The position numbers and the translations under genes are program-made. The notes beneath the pieces were generated by a model. The model saw only the letters and a program-made list of their open reading frames with translations, was not told where the DNA came from and searched no databases. Below are positions 18,960 to 28,632 of a stretch of DNA of 64,000 nucleotides, piece after piece; position 1 is the first letter of the stretch, and each line of letters opens with the position of its first letter. The DNA comes from Candidatus Zambryskibacteria bacterium RIFCSPLOWO2_01_FULL_39_39 (GTDB lineage: Bacteria; Patescibacteriota; Minisyncoccia; Phycocordibacterales; WO2-35-19): the NCBI GenBank assembly GCA_001823925.1, contig MHWB01000004.1, positions 22,390 through 86,389 on the forward strand. The letters run 5' to 3'.

Positions 18960-20252
18960 ATGAAAACCAACTTGGTTACCGATCTGATTGGGAGCAAAAA
19001 AATCATTATCTATGGTGCTGGGAGGATAGGAAAGCAAGTTCTCCTCGCACTTCGACCTTGTGGACGCACACCAGAATTCTTCTGGGATAAGAATGCCGCC
19101 ACCATTGGCGCGTCCATCGATGATGTTAGTATATTTGAGCCAAACTTTGACTTCATTCCTCAAAACCTAAGGAACGAATACTCCGTGATCATCACAGTGG
19201 CAGCCAAAGATGTCGGACGCCGGATCGGCAACGATTTGGCGAGTCTCGACTACAACGTCATCTACGATAGAGAGACGATCAACACCTTTATCTACAAAAC
19301 ATGCGAAGTGGCTGTTGCAGATGGAACTTTCGTTTTCAACTTGGAAACTTGTCGTACGTGCCCAGTTCCAACAACCGACGGACAGGCTTCCTGCGACATC
19401 TTCAACGGATATCTAGTAAATCTAGCCGGAGGGGCAGAGAGTACTCAAACCAAAGCGGAAAAACTTATCATCCCAAGACTCGGACTCTTGATAGGCAACA
19501 AATGCAACCTGTGTTGCAATGGGTGCAACCACCTAGTTGATCTCTACAAGCCCGGCGAGGCTCAATTCTTGAAGACCTCCGACCTTCTCTACGACATCGC
19601 AAGAGTCTCGAAAGAAGCAGACCTCATTAATAAAGTGGTGGTCGTCGGAGGAGAGGCTTTCCTTCACCCAGATCTACAAGAGATTCTGAGAAGGCTTCTT
19701 GATCTGCCGAAAATAGGATTCGTTCAGATCATAACCAACGGAGCAGTCAAACCAAAAGATCCCAGCCTATTTAAGTTGTTGGGAAACGAGAGGATTATCG
19801 TCGAGATTAGTGGCTATGGTAGTGAACTCTCGGCCCGATTAAGTCAGAGCGTACAGGAATTCCAAGCCCAGCTTAGAGAATACAACGTCTCTCACCATTA
19901 TTTGGGAACACTTCAGTGGTTTGATTTTGGCAATTTCTCAAAGAGGCCTTACTCCGAAGCGGAGCACAAGCGAGTCTACGAAACATGTTGTTCCGTTTCG
20001 AACGACATCTGGGACGGAAGACTCTACAAGTGTAGTCGTAGCGCAATCGGAACACACTTAGGTCATCTTCCAGATTTCCATGGCGATTACGTCGACCTGC
20101 GACAACATTCGGGCGCGGAGTTGAGACAGAAGTTAATCCAGTTCTTTGAGAACAAAGGGCCAGAAGCGTGTCTGCACTGCAACGGGGCTTCGTCTACCTC
20201 TGTAATTGAAGCAGGTAAACAAGTCCCCAGATTTCAGATTCACCAGCAATGA
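18960..20252 (+). CDS. Radical SAM protein with an N-terminal Rossmann-like domain
   Basis: 'IIIYGAGRIG'; CNLCCNGC (CX3CX2C); 'GGEAFLHP'; SD GGGGAG before ATG 18960; terminator ~20270-20298. Confidence 0.85.
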   Translation: MKTNLVTDLIGSKKIIIYGAGRIGKQVLLALRPCGRTPEFFWDKNAATIGASIDDVSIFEPNFDFIPQNLRNEYSVIITVAAKDVGRRIGNDLASLDYNVIYDRETINTFIYKTCEVAVADGTFVFNLETCRTCPVPTTDGQASCDIFNGYLVNLAGGAESTQTKAEKLIIPRLGLLIGNKCNLCCNGCNHLVDLYKPGEAQFLKTSDLLYDIARVSKEADLINKVVVVGGEAFLHPDLQEILRRLLDLPKIGFVQIITNGAVKPKDPSLFKLLGNERIIVEISGYGSELSARLSQSVQEFQAQLREYNVSHHYLGTLQWFDFGNFSKRPYSEAEHKRVYETCCSVSNDIWDGRLYKCSRSAIGTHLGHLPDFHGDYVDLRQHSGAELRQKLIQFFENKGPEACLHCNGASSTSVIEAGKQVPRFQIHQQ

Positions 20253-20368
20253 GTGATCTGAAACCAATCACCCACCGTGTCACACTGGTGGGTTTTTTAT
20301 TATATTAAGACTTAATTTACTGTTGACATCTTAATAAATTTTAAGCAGTATGGAGGAGGACTCCCGTA

Positions 20369-21436
20369 ATGGGAAGTTCTTTACACAAGGAGTATCAAAT
20401 GAGATTGCCTAGATACGATATACGAGAGACAGCATTGGAGACGGTAATTCCGCTTTCCACTCCGCTTTTAATTTACGTCGACCCCTCTAGCGCCTGCAAT
20501 TTCCAGTGTGGATTCTGTCCCACTGCAGATCGAGACTTAATGAAGCAGACAAGGTTTGTTGGCTTCATGGACTTTGACCTCTACCGCAAGATCATCGACG
20601 ACTTCAGAGAGTTTGATCGACCGATCGATAAGTTGAAGCTCTACTGTGATGGCGAACCACTGCTCAACCCGCGCTTTGCGGACATGGTCCGCTATGCCAA
20701 AAAAAGCGGGCTCGTGAATCGGATCACGACTACGACCAATGCTTCCCGTCTCTCGCCTGAATTAAACCTTCGGATCGTTGAAGCGGGTCTAGATCAGATT
20801 AACATCTCGGTCTATGGTATGAACGCGGATCAGTACCGTGATTTTTCCAAAACCAAGATAGAGTTTGATTCTTTGGTAGCAAACATCCGCCACCTTTACG
20901 AACATCGAAGCCAATGTGAAATCAAGGTGAAGATCAACGGTGATGTCATTTCGCGGGAAGACGAGGTTCGGTTCTATGAAATTTTTGAACCGATCGCCGA
21001 CGGAGTAAACGTGGAGCACGTAATGTCGTGTTGGGTACAGACACCAGAGTGGAACCTTGCAGAAAATGGCCTCGCTCCCAACCCCAATACCGGAATCCAC
21101 GGTCAGTCCATTCAAGATGTCCTTGTGTGCCCGTATGTTTTCTACTCCTTTACCATTCATCCAGACGGCACGGCAAGCGCATGTTTTCTGGACTGGCAGA
21201 GAAAACTTCTGATCGGTGATGTACGGACCCAGAGCGTTAAAGAAATCTGGGATGGACCTCTCTTGCGGGAACACCAAGCTCTTATGCTCCAAGGCAAACG
21301 GAGGAGTCACCCTATCTGTGGTAGTTGTGGCCAGATGAGCCACGGTGTAGTACCCCAAGACAACATTGATCCTCACCGAGAGGTGCTTCTAGATGGGTTC
21401 GAGAAGCGACTTGTACAAATTCAACCGAGGAATTGA
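20369..21436 (+). CDS. Radical SAM/SPASM-twitch domain protein
   Basis: CNFQCGFC, 'GEPLLNP', C-terminal CPY..C..CGSC; alternative start at 20399 with an AAGGAG SD. Confidence 0.88.
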   Translation: MGSSLHKEYQMRLPRYDIRETALETVIPLSTPLLIYVDPSSACNFQCGFCPTADRDLMKQTRFVGFMDFDLYRKIIDDFREFDRPIDKLKLYCDGEPLLNPRFADMVRYAKKSGLVNRITTTTNASRLSPELNLRIVEAGLDQINISVYGMNADQYRDFSKTKIEFDSLVANIRHLYEHRSQCEIKVKINGDVISREDEVRFYEIFEPIADGVNVEHVMSCWVQTPEWNLAENGLAPNPNTGIHGQSIQDVLVCPYVFYSFTIHPDGTASACFLDWQRKLLIGDVRTQSVKEIWDGPLLREHQALMLQGKRRSHPICGSCGQMSHGVVPQDNIDPHREVLLDGFEKRLVQIQPRN

Positions 21437-21545
21437 TTCTTCCGGTTGGCTATTTCGCGACGTATACTTCCAAGTTTACGTCGCTTTTATTTTTATGGTA
21501 AGTAAGACAAGTTTTATAGGATATGCTAATATCCAATTTAATAAA

Positions 21546-22697
21546 ATGGGTAAAAAAACTAAAATTAAGCAAGCTGTGATAGTAGCTGGAGGCAAAGGCT
21601 CTCGGCTAAAATCACTTACCGACGACCGACCCAAACCGATGGTGTTAGTCAATGGACGACCTTTTTTGGAATACCTTGTCAGGATGCTCGTGGCAAATGG
21701 CCTCAAAGAAGTGTTGATTCTCGTCGGTTATAAAGGCGAGAAAATTATTGAGCATTTTGGAGACGGCTCCAAATTTGGAATCAAGATTAAATATTCAATC
21801 GGGACAATAGAGGAAAATAATGGCACTCGCTTAAAAAACGCAACTCATCTTTTGGATAAACACTTTTTATTTATGTATTGCGATATTTATTGGCCGTTAG
21901 ATTTGGAAAAATTGATCAGGCATTATGACAAGTACGATGTCTTGGGAATGATGACTCTCTATAACAACAAAGATAATCGGGGTGAATATGGTACGAGAAA
22001 CCTGGTCCAACTGACTACTTCCGGCCACATTATAAATTACGGGCCATGGCAGGATGATGTTTTGTACTCTCCCACCTTTAAGGGCATAGACTTGGGCTAT
22101 TATATCTTGAACCGAGACGTAGTGCCTTTGATGCCCAAAAAAGATTTTGAGTTTCAAGGAGGTTTGGTCAGCCAAAAACTAGCTCCAAACAAAGAACTCA
22201 TCGGTTTTGGTACCGATCATACCTATTGCACCATTACAGACATCAATTTTCTTAAAATGGCCGAGAAATTTTTGGCTCCGAAAAGAATAATATTTCTTGG
22301 GTACGATGTATTAAACGAACACTTCTCTAAAACCCTACCGGCACTCAAAATGCTTCAAGCCAATGACTATAAGATATTCGTCATGGGAAATAAACCCGAC
22401 CATACCAAATCTTATTCAAAAATAAAAAGTGAACTTAAGCGTCAAAAAATTCAAATCAAAAGATTTTATTTCTGTTCCCACCACCCAAAAGACCGGTGCG
22501 AATGCCGTTTGCCCAGAGCCGGTTTATTCTTTCAAGCAGCCGGTGATCATCATATCAATCTGACCGAATCATTTTTTATAGATTCTAATAAATGGAGTTC
22601 ATTTATCGGCGAGGAAACAGGCTGTCAAACTTTAATAATTTCTAAAAAAGATTCCCTGCTTAAATTGGTTAAAAGAATTGTTGCTCTTGACTTTTAA
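21546..22697 (+). CDS. Sugar-phosphate nucleotidyltransferase fused to a degenerate GmhB-like HAD domain
   Basis: 'QAVIVAGGKGSRL..LT...PKPM'; C-terminal 'CSHHPKDRCECRLP..GLF'; ATG 21546 preferred. Confidence 0.82.
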   Translation: MGKKTKIKQAVIVAGGKGSRLKSLTDDRPKPMVLVNGRPFLEYLVRMLVANGLKEVLILVGYKGEKIIEHFGDGSKFGIKIKYSIGTIEENNGTRLKNATHLLDKHFLFMYCDIYWPLDLEKLIRHYDKYDVLGMMTLYNNKDNRGEYGTRNLVQLTTSGHIINYGPWQDDVLYSPTFKGIDLGYYILNRDVVPLMPKKDFEFQGGLVSQKLAPNKELIGFGTDHTYCTITDINFLKMAEKFLAPKRIIFLGYDVLNEHFSKTLPALKMLQANDYKIFVMGNKPDHTKSYSKIKSELKRQKIQIKRFYFCSHHPKDRCECRLPRAGLFFQAAGDHHINLTESFFIDSNKWSSFIGEETGCQTLIISKKDSLLKLVKRIVALDF

Positions 22698-22738
22698 AAG
22701 TAAACAATATATGATTTCTCCTAGAAGGAGGTGCGCAA

Positions 22739-23518
22739 GTGTACACCAGCAGACAAGCAAAAGCAGCTTTGAAAAAGATTGTTTGGAAAGAAGGGAAAAT
22801 CTTCCCAATTGCAGAGGGGCCATATCGCTATCGAACTTTGGTCCACTGCAGCAAAGAAGGCCGACAAAGGACCGAGTTTGCCAACGGCGAGCGTCCATAT
22901 TTTTGTTATTTAGAGCTCGTCGCCGGCAATAGTGGTGCCATCAAGGGAGGGGTTAGTATAGTGCCGATTCTCCCCGATGGCCGACTCATTATGGTAGTGG
23001 AACAACGACCAGCTCAGTACCACCACCATCCAGCTATTAATCCCTGGATCAACGGGATAGAGACAGATTTGGGTCAATATGGGCCTTTCAGCTCTCTTGA
23101 GTTTCCAGGAGGAGCCATCGATCCCGGACAAGGACTTAAGGGAGCGTTTCTTCAGGAACTATCGGAAGAAACTGAGGTGGAGGAACAGACCGCTCTCTGC
23201 TACCGCAGAGTGCATCCCGTCCACTGCGCTGGCTCTGAAATCGTTGGGGAGCAATTCATTGCTGTGATATTTTTGTCCGGTCTCACCCATGCTTCCAAAG
23301 TGGAGACGGACGGTGGGCTAAAGGTTTTCGCCTTAAGCCCAAAAGAGGTTCAGAAAAATATCTGGAGGGGCGCCATCAGTTCCGGGCCAACATTGCATGG
23401 GTGGATGTTTTACCAAGAAGTGTTGGGGATGAGAGAAAATCTCCAACACCAAGAGCTCATGGAGCAAACCATGAGCTACGTAGAGATGGAAGAAATAAAC
23501 ATTGCCAAGCAAAAATAA
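22739..23518 (+). CDS. NUDIX-like hydrolase
   Basis: 'LEFPGGAID...AFLQELSEETEV' degenerate Nudix box; own promoter, AGGAGG SD and terminator. Confidence 0.7.
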   Translation: MYTSRQAKAALKKIVWKEGKIFPIAEGPYRYRTLVHCSKEGRQRTEFANGERPYFCYLELVAGNSGAIKGGVSIVPILPDGRLIMVVEQRPAQYHHHPAINPWINGIETDLGQYGPFSSLEFPGGAIDPGQGLKGAFLQELSEETEVEEQTALCYRRVHPVHCAGSEIVGEQFIAVIFLSGLTHASKVETDGGLKVFALSPKEVQKNIWRGAISSGPTLHGWMFYQEVLGMRENLQHQELMEQTMSYVEMEEINIAKQK

Positions 23519-23600
23519 GATTTCACAATCAGTCCCTCTGGGAGCCGCTTCGCGGCTCCCTTTTCTTTTGCAGAATTTCCTGATAATCTAGATTATTCAT

Positions 23601-23972
23601 ATGGAGAAGCACAAAATTCACTTACTTTTTATTTGCACAGCCAATGTTGTGCGGAGCCCGGTAGCGGCTAGCCTTTTTGAAAAATCAAACAAATATGAAG
23701 CAAGGTCAGCCGGCACATCACTTAGTCCAGACTTCCCTAACGCTACAGCCGTGAACCAAGAACTAATAGATTGGGCTGACGAGATCATTGTCATGTCGGA
23801 AAAAGAAGATCATCACGCAACTTACCTCTCCACTCATTTTGATTTGAAAGATAAAAAAATAAAAGTGCTCGATATACCCAATATTTATATCGTTGGGATA
23901 CCAGAGCATCAAGCAACTCTTCTTCAAATATTAAAACAAAAACTGGCTGGCTATCTTGACATTAATAAATAA
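23601..23972 (+). CDS. Low-molecular-weight protein tyrosine phosphatase family
   Basis: P-loop 'FICTANVVRS' (CX5R), 'SAGT', 'WAD.I.VM', 'LDIP'. Confidence 0.85.
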   Translation: MEKHKIHLLFICTANVVRSPVAASLFEKSNKYEARSAGTSLSPDFPNATAVNQELIDWADEIIVMSEKEDHHATYLSTHFDLKDKKIKVLDIPNIYIVGIPEHQATLLQILKQKLAGYLDINK

Positions 23973-24003
23973 GTATGTATAGTACAGGGAGGAAGGAATA
24001 CCG

Positions 24004-24309
24004 ATGGAAATATTCGGAAGTTGGTCTAAAGAGATTACTTGTCCAGAGTGCGGATCACTTCTGGGCATCACTGCCGAGGACATTACTTTCAAAGTAAAAG
24101 AGCCGGCCGAACACAAAAGACGCAGTGAGCGGGGCAAGCCCATCTACTTTGTCGCCTGCCCCGAATGCCGTCGCGAAATCGTAATCCAGGAAAGTTTCAG
24201 CGGCAGCCTGCCCGAATCGGTCAAGGCGACGGCACAGGAACGGACCGGGTTTGACTCAAAAGAGTACTTCGGGCGTCCCTTGTACGCTCCGTGGGACAAT
24301 GGCACATAA
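24004..24309 (+). CDS. Small zinc-ribbon protein
   Basis: Two CPEC motifs; TTGACA-16 nt-TATAGT promoter, GGAGG SD, terminator ~24344-24375. Confidence 0.7.
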   Translation: MEIFGSWSKEITCPECGSLLGITAEDITFKVKEPAEHKRRSERGKPIYFVACPECRREIVIQESFSGSLPESVKATAQERTGFDSKEYFGRPLYAPWDNGT

Positions 24310-24409
24310 ATCAGGGACGACTAACTAAGTACATTGAACCCTGAGGGGCACGCGCGAGCCGCCCCTCTTTTCTTTTGGAAAATTTCCTGGTAGTCTTGGG
24401 GATAATAAA

Positions 24410-25318
24410 ATGACCAAAAAAAAGATTCTAATAATTGGTAAAAATGGCCAGTTGGCGGGAGCCATTCAAGCAGAAGTAGGCTCTTTTGGGTTTGAGGTGA
24501 TAGCTTTTGATAGGCAAGAAATGGACGTGACAAACTGGCCCCAAGTCAAAAAGATATTGGACAAAATAAAACCTGATATTTTAATAAACACTTCCGCCCT
24601 GCAAGTAGTGCTCCAATGCGAAGAAAATCCGCAAAGAGCAATGGAAGTAAATTTTTTGGCAATACAAAATCTGGCCAGAGAATGTAAGGAAAGAAATATT
24701 ATTTTTGTCACCTACAGTAGCGATTATGTTTTTGATGGCGAAAAAGGATCGGCTTATGAAGAAGACGACCTCCCCAATCCCCTACAGATATACGGCCTAT
24801 CAAAATTGGCTGGAGAGTACGCCGCGCTTTGCATTTATCCAGAGAAATCTTTTGTTGTCAGGACTGCCGGTCTTTATGGCGGAGTGAAAGGCAGTCCGGA
24901 AAAAGGAAATTTTGTTTTGAACATAATGAAAGAAGCGACAGAAAAAGCTAAGGCAGGAGTAGGTATGGAGGTTAGTTCGGAGCAAATAGTCAGTCCAACT
25001 TATGCCGGCGACCTTGCCAAAGCCACTCTGGAGCTACTCTCTATGAAAGTAGATCCTGGAATATACCATCTAGTAAACGAAGGGGGCTGCAGTTGGTATG
25101 AGTTCACAAAAGAAATTTTTAAGTTAGCCAAAATTAATGTGCCATTATCTCCAATTGACAGGGGTGGCTTAAGTGCCAAAGGGGGCAATACGGCCGGTAA
25201 AGTTAGACGCCCAAAATTTTCTATCCCAAAAAATACCAGAGCCAGAGCTCTTGGTATAGTTCTCCCTTCTTGGCAAGAAGGTTTGGCATCCTATTTTAGA
25301 TTTTTAAATTCTATATGA
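24410..25318 (+). CDS. rfbD: dTDP-4-dehydrorhamnose reductase family (RmlD/RfbD)
   Basis: 'IIGKNGQL', 'SSDYVFDG', 'YGLSKLAGE', 'SPTYA.DLA'. Confidence 0.9.
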   Translation: MTKKKILIIGKNGQLAGAIQAEVGSFGFEVIAFDRQEMDVTNWPQVKKILDKIKPDILINTSALQVVLQCEENPQRAMEVNFLAIQNLARECKERNIIFVTYSSDYVFDGEKGSAYEEDDLPNPLQIYGLSKLAGEYAALCIYPEKSFVVRTAGLYGGVKGSPEKGNFVLNIMKEATEKAKAGVGMEVSSEQIVSPTYAGDLAKATLELLSMKVDPGIYHLVNEGGCSWYEFTKEIFKLAKINVPLSPIDRGGLSAKGGNTAGKVRRPKFSIPKNTRARALGIVLPSWQEGLASYFRFLNSI

Positions 25319-26520
25319 AATGCCCCATCTGCAAAACAGATAAAAGTAGACCCCTGCTCAATCTGGATTGTGGTAGTTTGGACAATTCACTGATTTATAA
25401 AACTGCAAAAATAGTCACATGTAAAAAATGCGGACATATCTATAATTCTTTGTCCCTAAAAGAAATTCTAGATTTAAAAAAATATTATGACCAAGAATCA
25501 GCTCCGACTAATTTAGGATCTCCAGACAAAGTCGGAGACAAAACAGGAAATACTGGCCCGTTTACTATGCAACGTTATAATAAATTATATACGTCAATTT
25601 CTCCTTACCTCAACACAAAAATGAAAATTTTGGACTGCGGGTGCGCAACTGGTGGTTTTTTGGATTATTTGTCAGGCAAAGGATTCAAAAAACTTAATGG
25701 ATTTGAAATAAGCAAAACCTACAGAAATCAGTCCAAAAAATGGAAAGAAAAAATAAAAATTGGTGATATGGATTTGGCAGTCCCCTTCCCTCATAAATCT
25801 TTAGATTTTTTGGTGGCAGACCAAGTAATAGAACACCTCTATAATCCACGCAAAGCCTTCAAAGAAGCCGCGAGAGTTTTAAGTGATGGAGGGTATCTTT
25901 GCGTAAGTGTTCCAGATGCTTCGCGGTACATCAAGAATTATTTTTTTGATTTCTATTGGTTTATTCTCAGGGAGCATATCGAACATTTCGATATTGAACA
26001 TTTAAAATTACTTGCCTCTTTAGAAGGTTTTGAACTTGTAAGTTTTACTAGATACGAAACCCCAATGATGACAAGCAAAATGATTTTACCTGTTTTGACT
26101 GCTGTTTTTCGCTTTTCTTCAAATACAGAGCTGAAAATAAATAAAAAACATTTTTTGTTAAAAAAAGAGATAAGTAAATATATAAAAAGAGATACAAAAA
26201 AACTAAAAAATAAAAAGAAATTATTTGAACATTTAGCAAAAAAAAGATTACCTATATATGCATGGGGAATAGGAAGAGAGTTCTTGTATATTTATGAAGC
26301 CACGGGGCTTAAGAGATGTAAGATTGCTGGACTTGTAGACCTCAATCCATACAAACAAAAGCATGTTTTGATTGGCAAAAATAAAATAGAAGATAAGTTT
26401 GTGTTAACCAAAGCAGAAAATAATTCCCAGATAATCATTAGCGCAATTGCTCACAAGAAAACAATAACAGCGGAACTGAAAAAAATGGGCTACCGAGGTA
26501 AAATTATAAATTTTAAATAA
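25315..26520 (+). CDS. SAM-dependent methyltransferase with an N-terminal zinc-binding domain (sugar C/O-methyltransferase-like)
   Basis: CPIC...CKKC, 'ILDCGCATG', 'QVIEHL', C-terminal 'AWGIG' Rossmann-like region. Confidence 0.82.
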   Translation: MKCPICKTDKSRPLLNLDCGSLDNSLIYKTAKIVTCKKCGHIYNSLSLKEILDLKKYYDQESAPTNLGSPDKVGDKTGNTGPFTMQRYNKLYTSISPYLNTKMKILDCGCATGGFLDYLSGKGFKKLNGFEISKTYRNQSKKWKEKIKIGDMDLAVPFPHKSLDFLVADQVIEHLYNPRKAFKEAARVLSDGGYLCVSVPDASRYIKNYFFDFYWFILREHIEHFDIEHLKLLASLEGFELVSFTRYETPMMTSKMILPVLTAVFRFSSNTELKINKKHFLLKKEISKYIKRDTKKLKNKKKLFEHLAKKRLPIYAWGIGREFLYIYEATGLKRCKIAGLVDLNPYKQKHVLIGKNKIEDKFVLTKAENNSQIIISAIAHKKTITAELKKMGYRGKIINFK

Positions 26521-26523
26521 ATT

Positions 26524-27864
26524 ATGAAAAATAATAAGATAACAAAAATACTCCATATTACTCCCCATCTCGGCACAGGAGTTGGTACTGTAGTATTGAA
26601 CTATTTAAAAAAAGTAGTTAAAAATCAACACTTTGAACACAGAGTTGTCTGCCTAGACTATGCAAATAAAAATTCTATAATTGTTTCAAAAAAAATAGGT
26701 TTTAAGCTGTGGGGAGATATGTCAAAGAAAAAAGAAGATGTGCTTAGTCTGATTGCTAAATCAGACATAGTTTTGGTTCATTGGTGGAACCACCCATTGC
26801 TCTACGATTTTTTGGTCCGTGAAAAATTACCACCAAATCGTATCATATTTTGGAGCCACGTATTAGGCTCTGTCCCCCCAAACAATTTCTCTAACAAGCT
26901 CCTTAAGTATCCAGATATTTTCATTTTCACCACCCCCGTAAGTTTTAAAGTCAAAGAAGTACAAAACTTGCCACCAAAATATAAAAAAAATATGAATAGC
27001 ATTTGGTCTACAGGGGGGGTAGAAAGACTAAAACACATTAAACACCAAAAGCATGACGGATTTAATGTGGGCTATATTGGTACCGTTGATTATACTAAAT
27101 TAAATCCTGATTTCTTTGATATGAGTCAGAGCGCCAACATACCAAATGTAAAATTTATTGTAGTGGGAGGACCAAATTCAAAGTTAATGGAAGAAGAAGC
27201 AAAAAACCGTGGTTTAAGTGACAAATTTATATTTACAGGGTATATCTCTGAAGAAGAAAAGTGGAAATATTTATCTATGTTTGATGTCTTTGGCTACCCT
27301 CTTGCCAGACACCACTACGGTTCCTCTGACCAGGCTCTGCAGGAAGCTATGGGTACAGGAGTTGTACCAGTGGTTTTTGATAACTTAATGGAAAAATTTA
27401 TGGTAAAAAACGGAAAAACCGGTTTAATGGTAAAAAATAAAACAGAGTATGCCAAAGCCCTAGAAAGTCTGTACAAGGACAGCAAATTAAGAGACCGCCT
27501 TTCTAAAAACACAAAGAGGTATGCTAAAGAAGTTTTTTCTCTTCAGAATATGGAGCGCGAGTGGAATAAAATTTTTATGAAAACTTTGAAACTTAAAAAG
27601 ACCGAGAAAAAATGGCAAATAAATAAATCAGCAAAAGAGATAGCGCCAAAGGACATATTTGTGGAATCAATCGGAAAGTATAGTAAACATTTTATTTCTT
27701 ATTGTAAGGCAAAAAAATTGAATGAAAAAAAATTGGCAGAAGAAAAAATTAAAAATTTAGCAAAACACCCAAATTGGAGTACAAAATCAAAAGGTACGGT
27801 TCATCAATACAATACTTTTTTGCCTGGTGACAAATATCTTTCTTTTTGGAGTAAAATAATGTAA
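26524..27864 (+). CDS. GT4 glycosyltransferase
   Basis: 'LHITPHLGTGVG', 'LQEAMGTG..PV' GT-B C-terminal motif. Confidence 0.8.
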   Translation: MKNNKITKILHITPHLGTGVGTVVLNYLKKVVKNQHFEHRVVCLDYANKNSIIVSKKIGFKLWGDMSKKKEDVLSLIAKSDIVLVHWWNHPLLYDFLVREKLPPNRIIFWSHVLGSVPPNNFSNKLLKYPDIFIFTTPVSFKVKEVQNLPPKYKKNMNSIWSTGGVERLKHIKHQKHDGFNVGYIGTVDYTKLNPDFFDMSQSANIPNVKFIVVGGPNSKLMEEEAKNRGLSDKFIFTGYISEEEKWKYLSMFDVFGYPLARHHYGSSDQALQEAMGTGVVPVVFDNLMEKFMVKNGKTGLMVKNKTEYAKALESLYKDSKLRDRLSKNTKRYAKEVFSLQNMEREWNKIFMKTLKLKKTEKKWQINKSAKEIAPKDIFVESIGKYSKHFISYCKAKKLNEKKLAEEKIKNLAKHPNWSTKSKGTVHQYNTFLPGDKYLSFWSKIM

Positions 27865-27876
27865 ATTAGACTCATT

Positions 27877-28632
27877 ATGAAAAAAACACCGTTTGAAGAA
27901 TTTGGTCTTGATATTACCAAAAGATCTAAAACCCTTAGCAAAGACCCTAAATTCCAAAAAGCAAAGCAGTCTTTTCACGACCATCTTAGTAAGTCTAAAT
28001 ATGCTTACAATTTTTATTGGATGGGAGTACCTATTATCCAGACTCCAGTTGAAACCCAGGCTCTACACGAGCTTATTTGGAAAATCAAACCAGACCTTAT
28101 TATTGAGACGGGTATTGCTTGGGGAGGCTCCATCGTTTTTAGTGCTTCCATGATAACTCTCTTAGAAGCTTGTGGAGAAATAAGGAACGGACAAGTGGTA
28201 GGTATAGATATTGAAATCAGACCACATAACAAGAAAAATCTGGCCGTTCATCCGATGTCTAAAAAAATCATTATGTTTGAAGGCTCAAGCATTGATCCAA
28301 TAATAATTGAAAAAGTCAAAAAAATAGCAAAAAATAAAAAGAGAATACTAGTTCATTTAGACAGCAATCACACCCATAACCACGTCCTTGCTGAATTAAA
28401 AGCTTATGCTCCTCTTGTCACCAGAAGTAGCTATTGTATCGTTGAGGATACAGGCATAGAAGATGACCCTGTCAATGCTAATTTAGGTAAAGCGTTTGGC
28501 AAAGGCAACAATCCAAAAACAGCAGTTTGGGAATTTTTGAAAAAAAATAAAAATTTTAAAATAGACAAAGATTTTGAGTCAAAGCTTATACTCACTGGTG
28601 CGCCCGACGGATATTTAAAAAGGATAAAATAA
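27877..28632 (+). CDS. CmcI (cephalosporin hydroxylase) family methyltransferase
   Basis: 'YNFYWMGVPIIQ', 'IKPDLIIETGIAWGGS', 'LDSNHTH.HVLAEL'. Confidence 0.9.
   Translation: MKKTPFEEFGLDITKRSKTLSKDPKFQKAKQSFHDHLSKSKYAYNFYWMGVPIIQTPVETQALHELIWKIKPDLIIETGIAWGGSIVFSASMITLLEACGEIRNGQVVGIDIEIRPHNKKNLAVHPMSKKIIMFEGSSIDPIIIEKVKKIAKNKKRILVHLDSNHTHNHVLAELKAYAPLVTRSSYCIVEDTGIEDDPVNANLGKAFGKGNNPKTAVWEFLKKNKNFKIDKDFESKLILTGAPDGYLKRIK

Noticed and set aside
18900-24400. Integron cassette array
   Set aside because: No integrase and no recognisable attC (RYYYAAC...GTTRRRY) sites; the intergenic hairpins look like ordinary terminators
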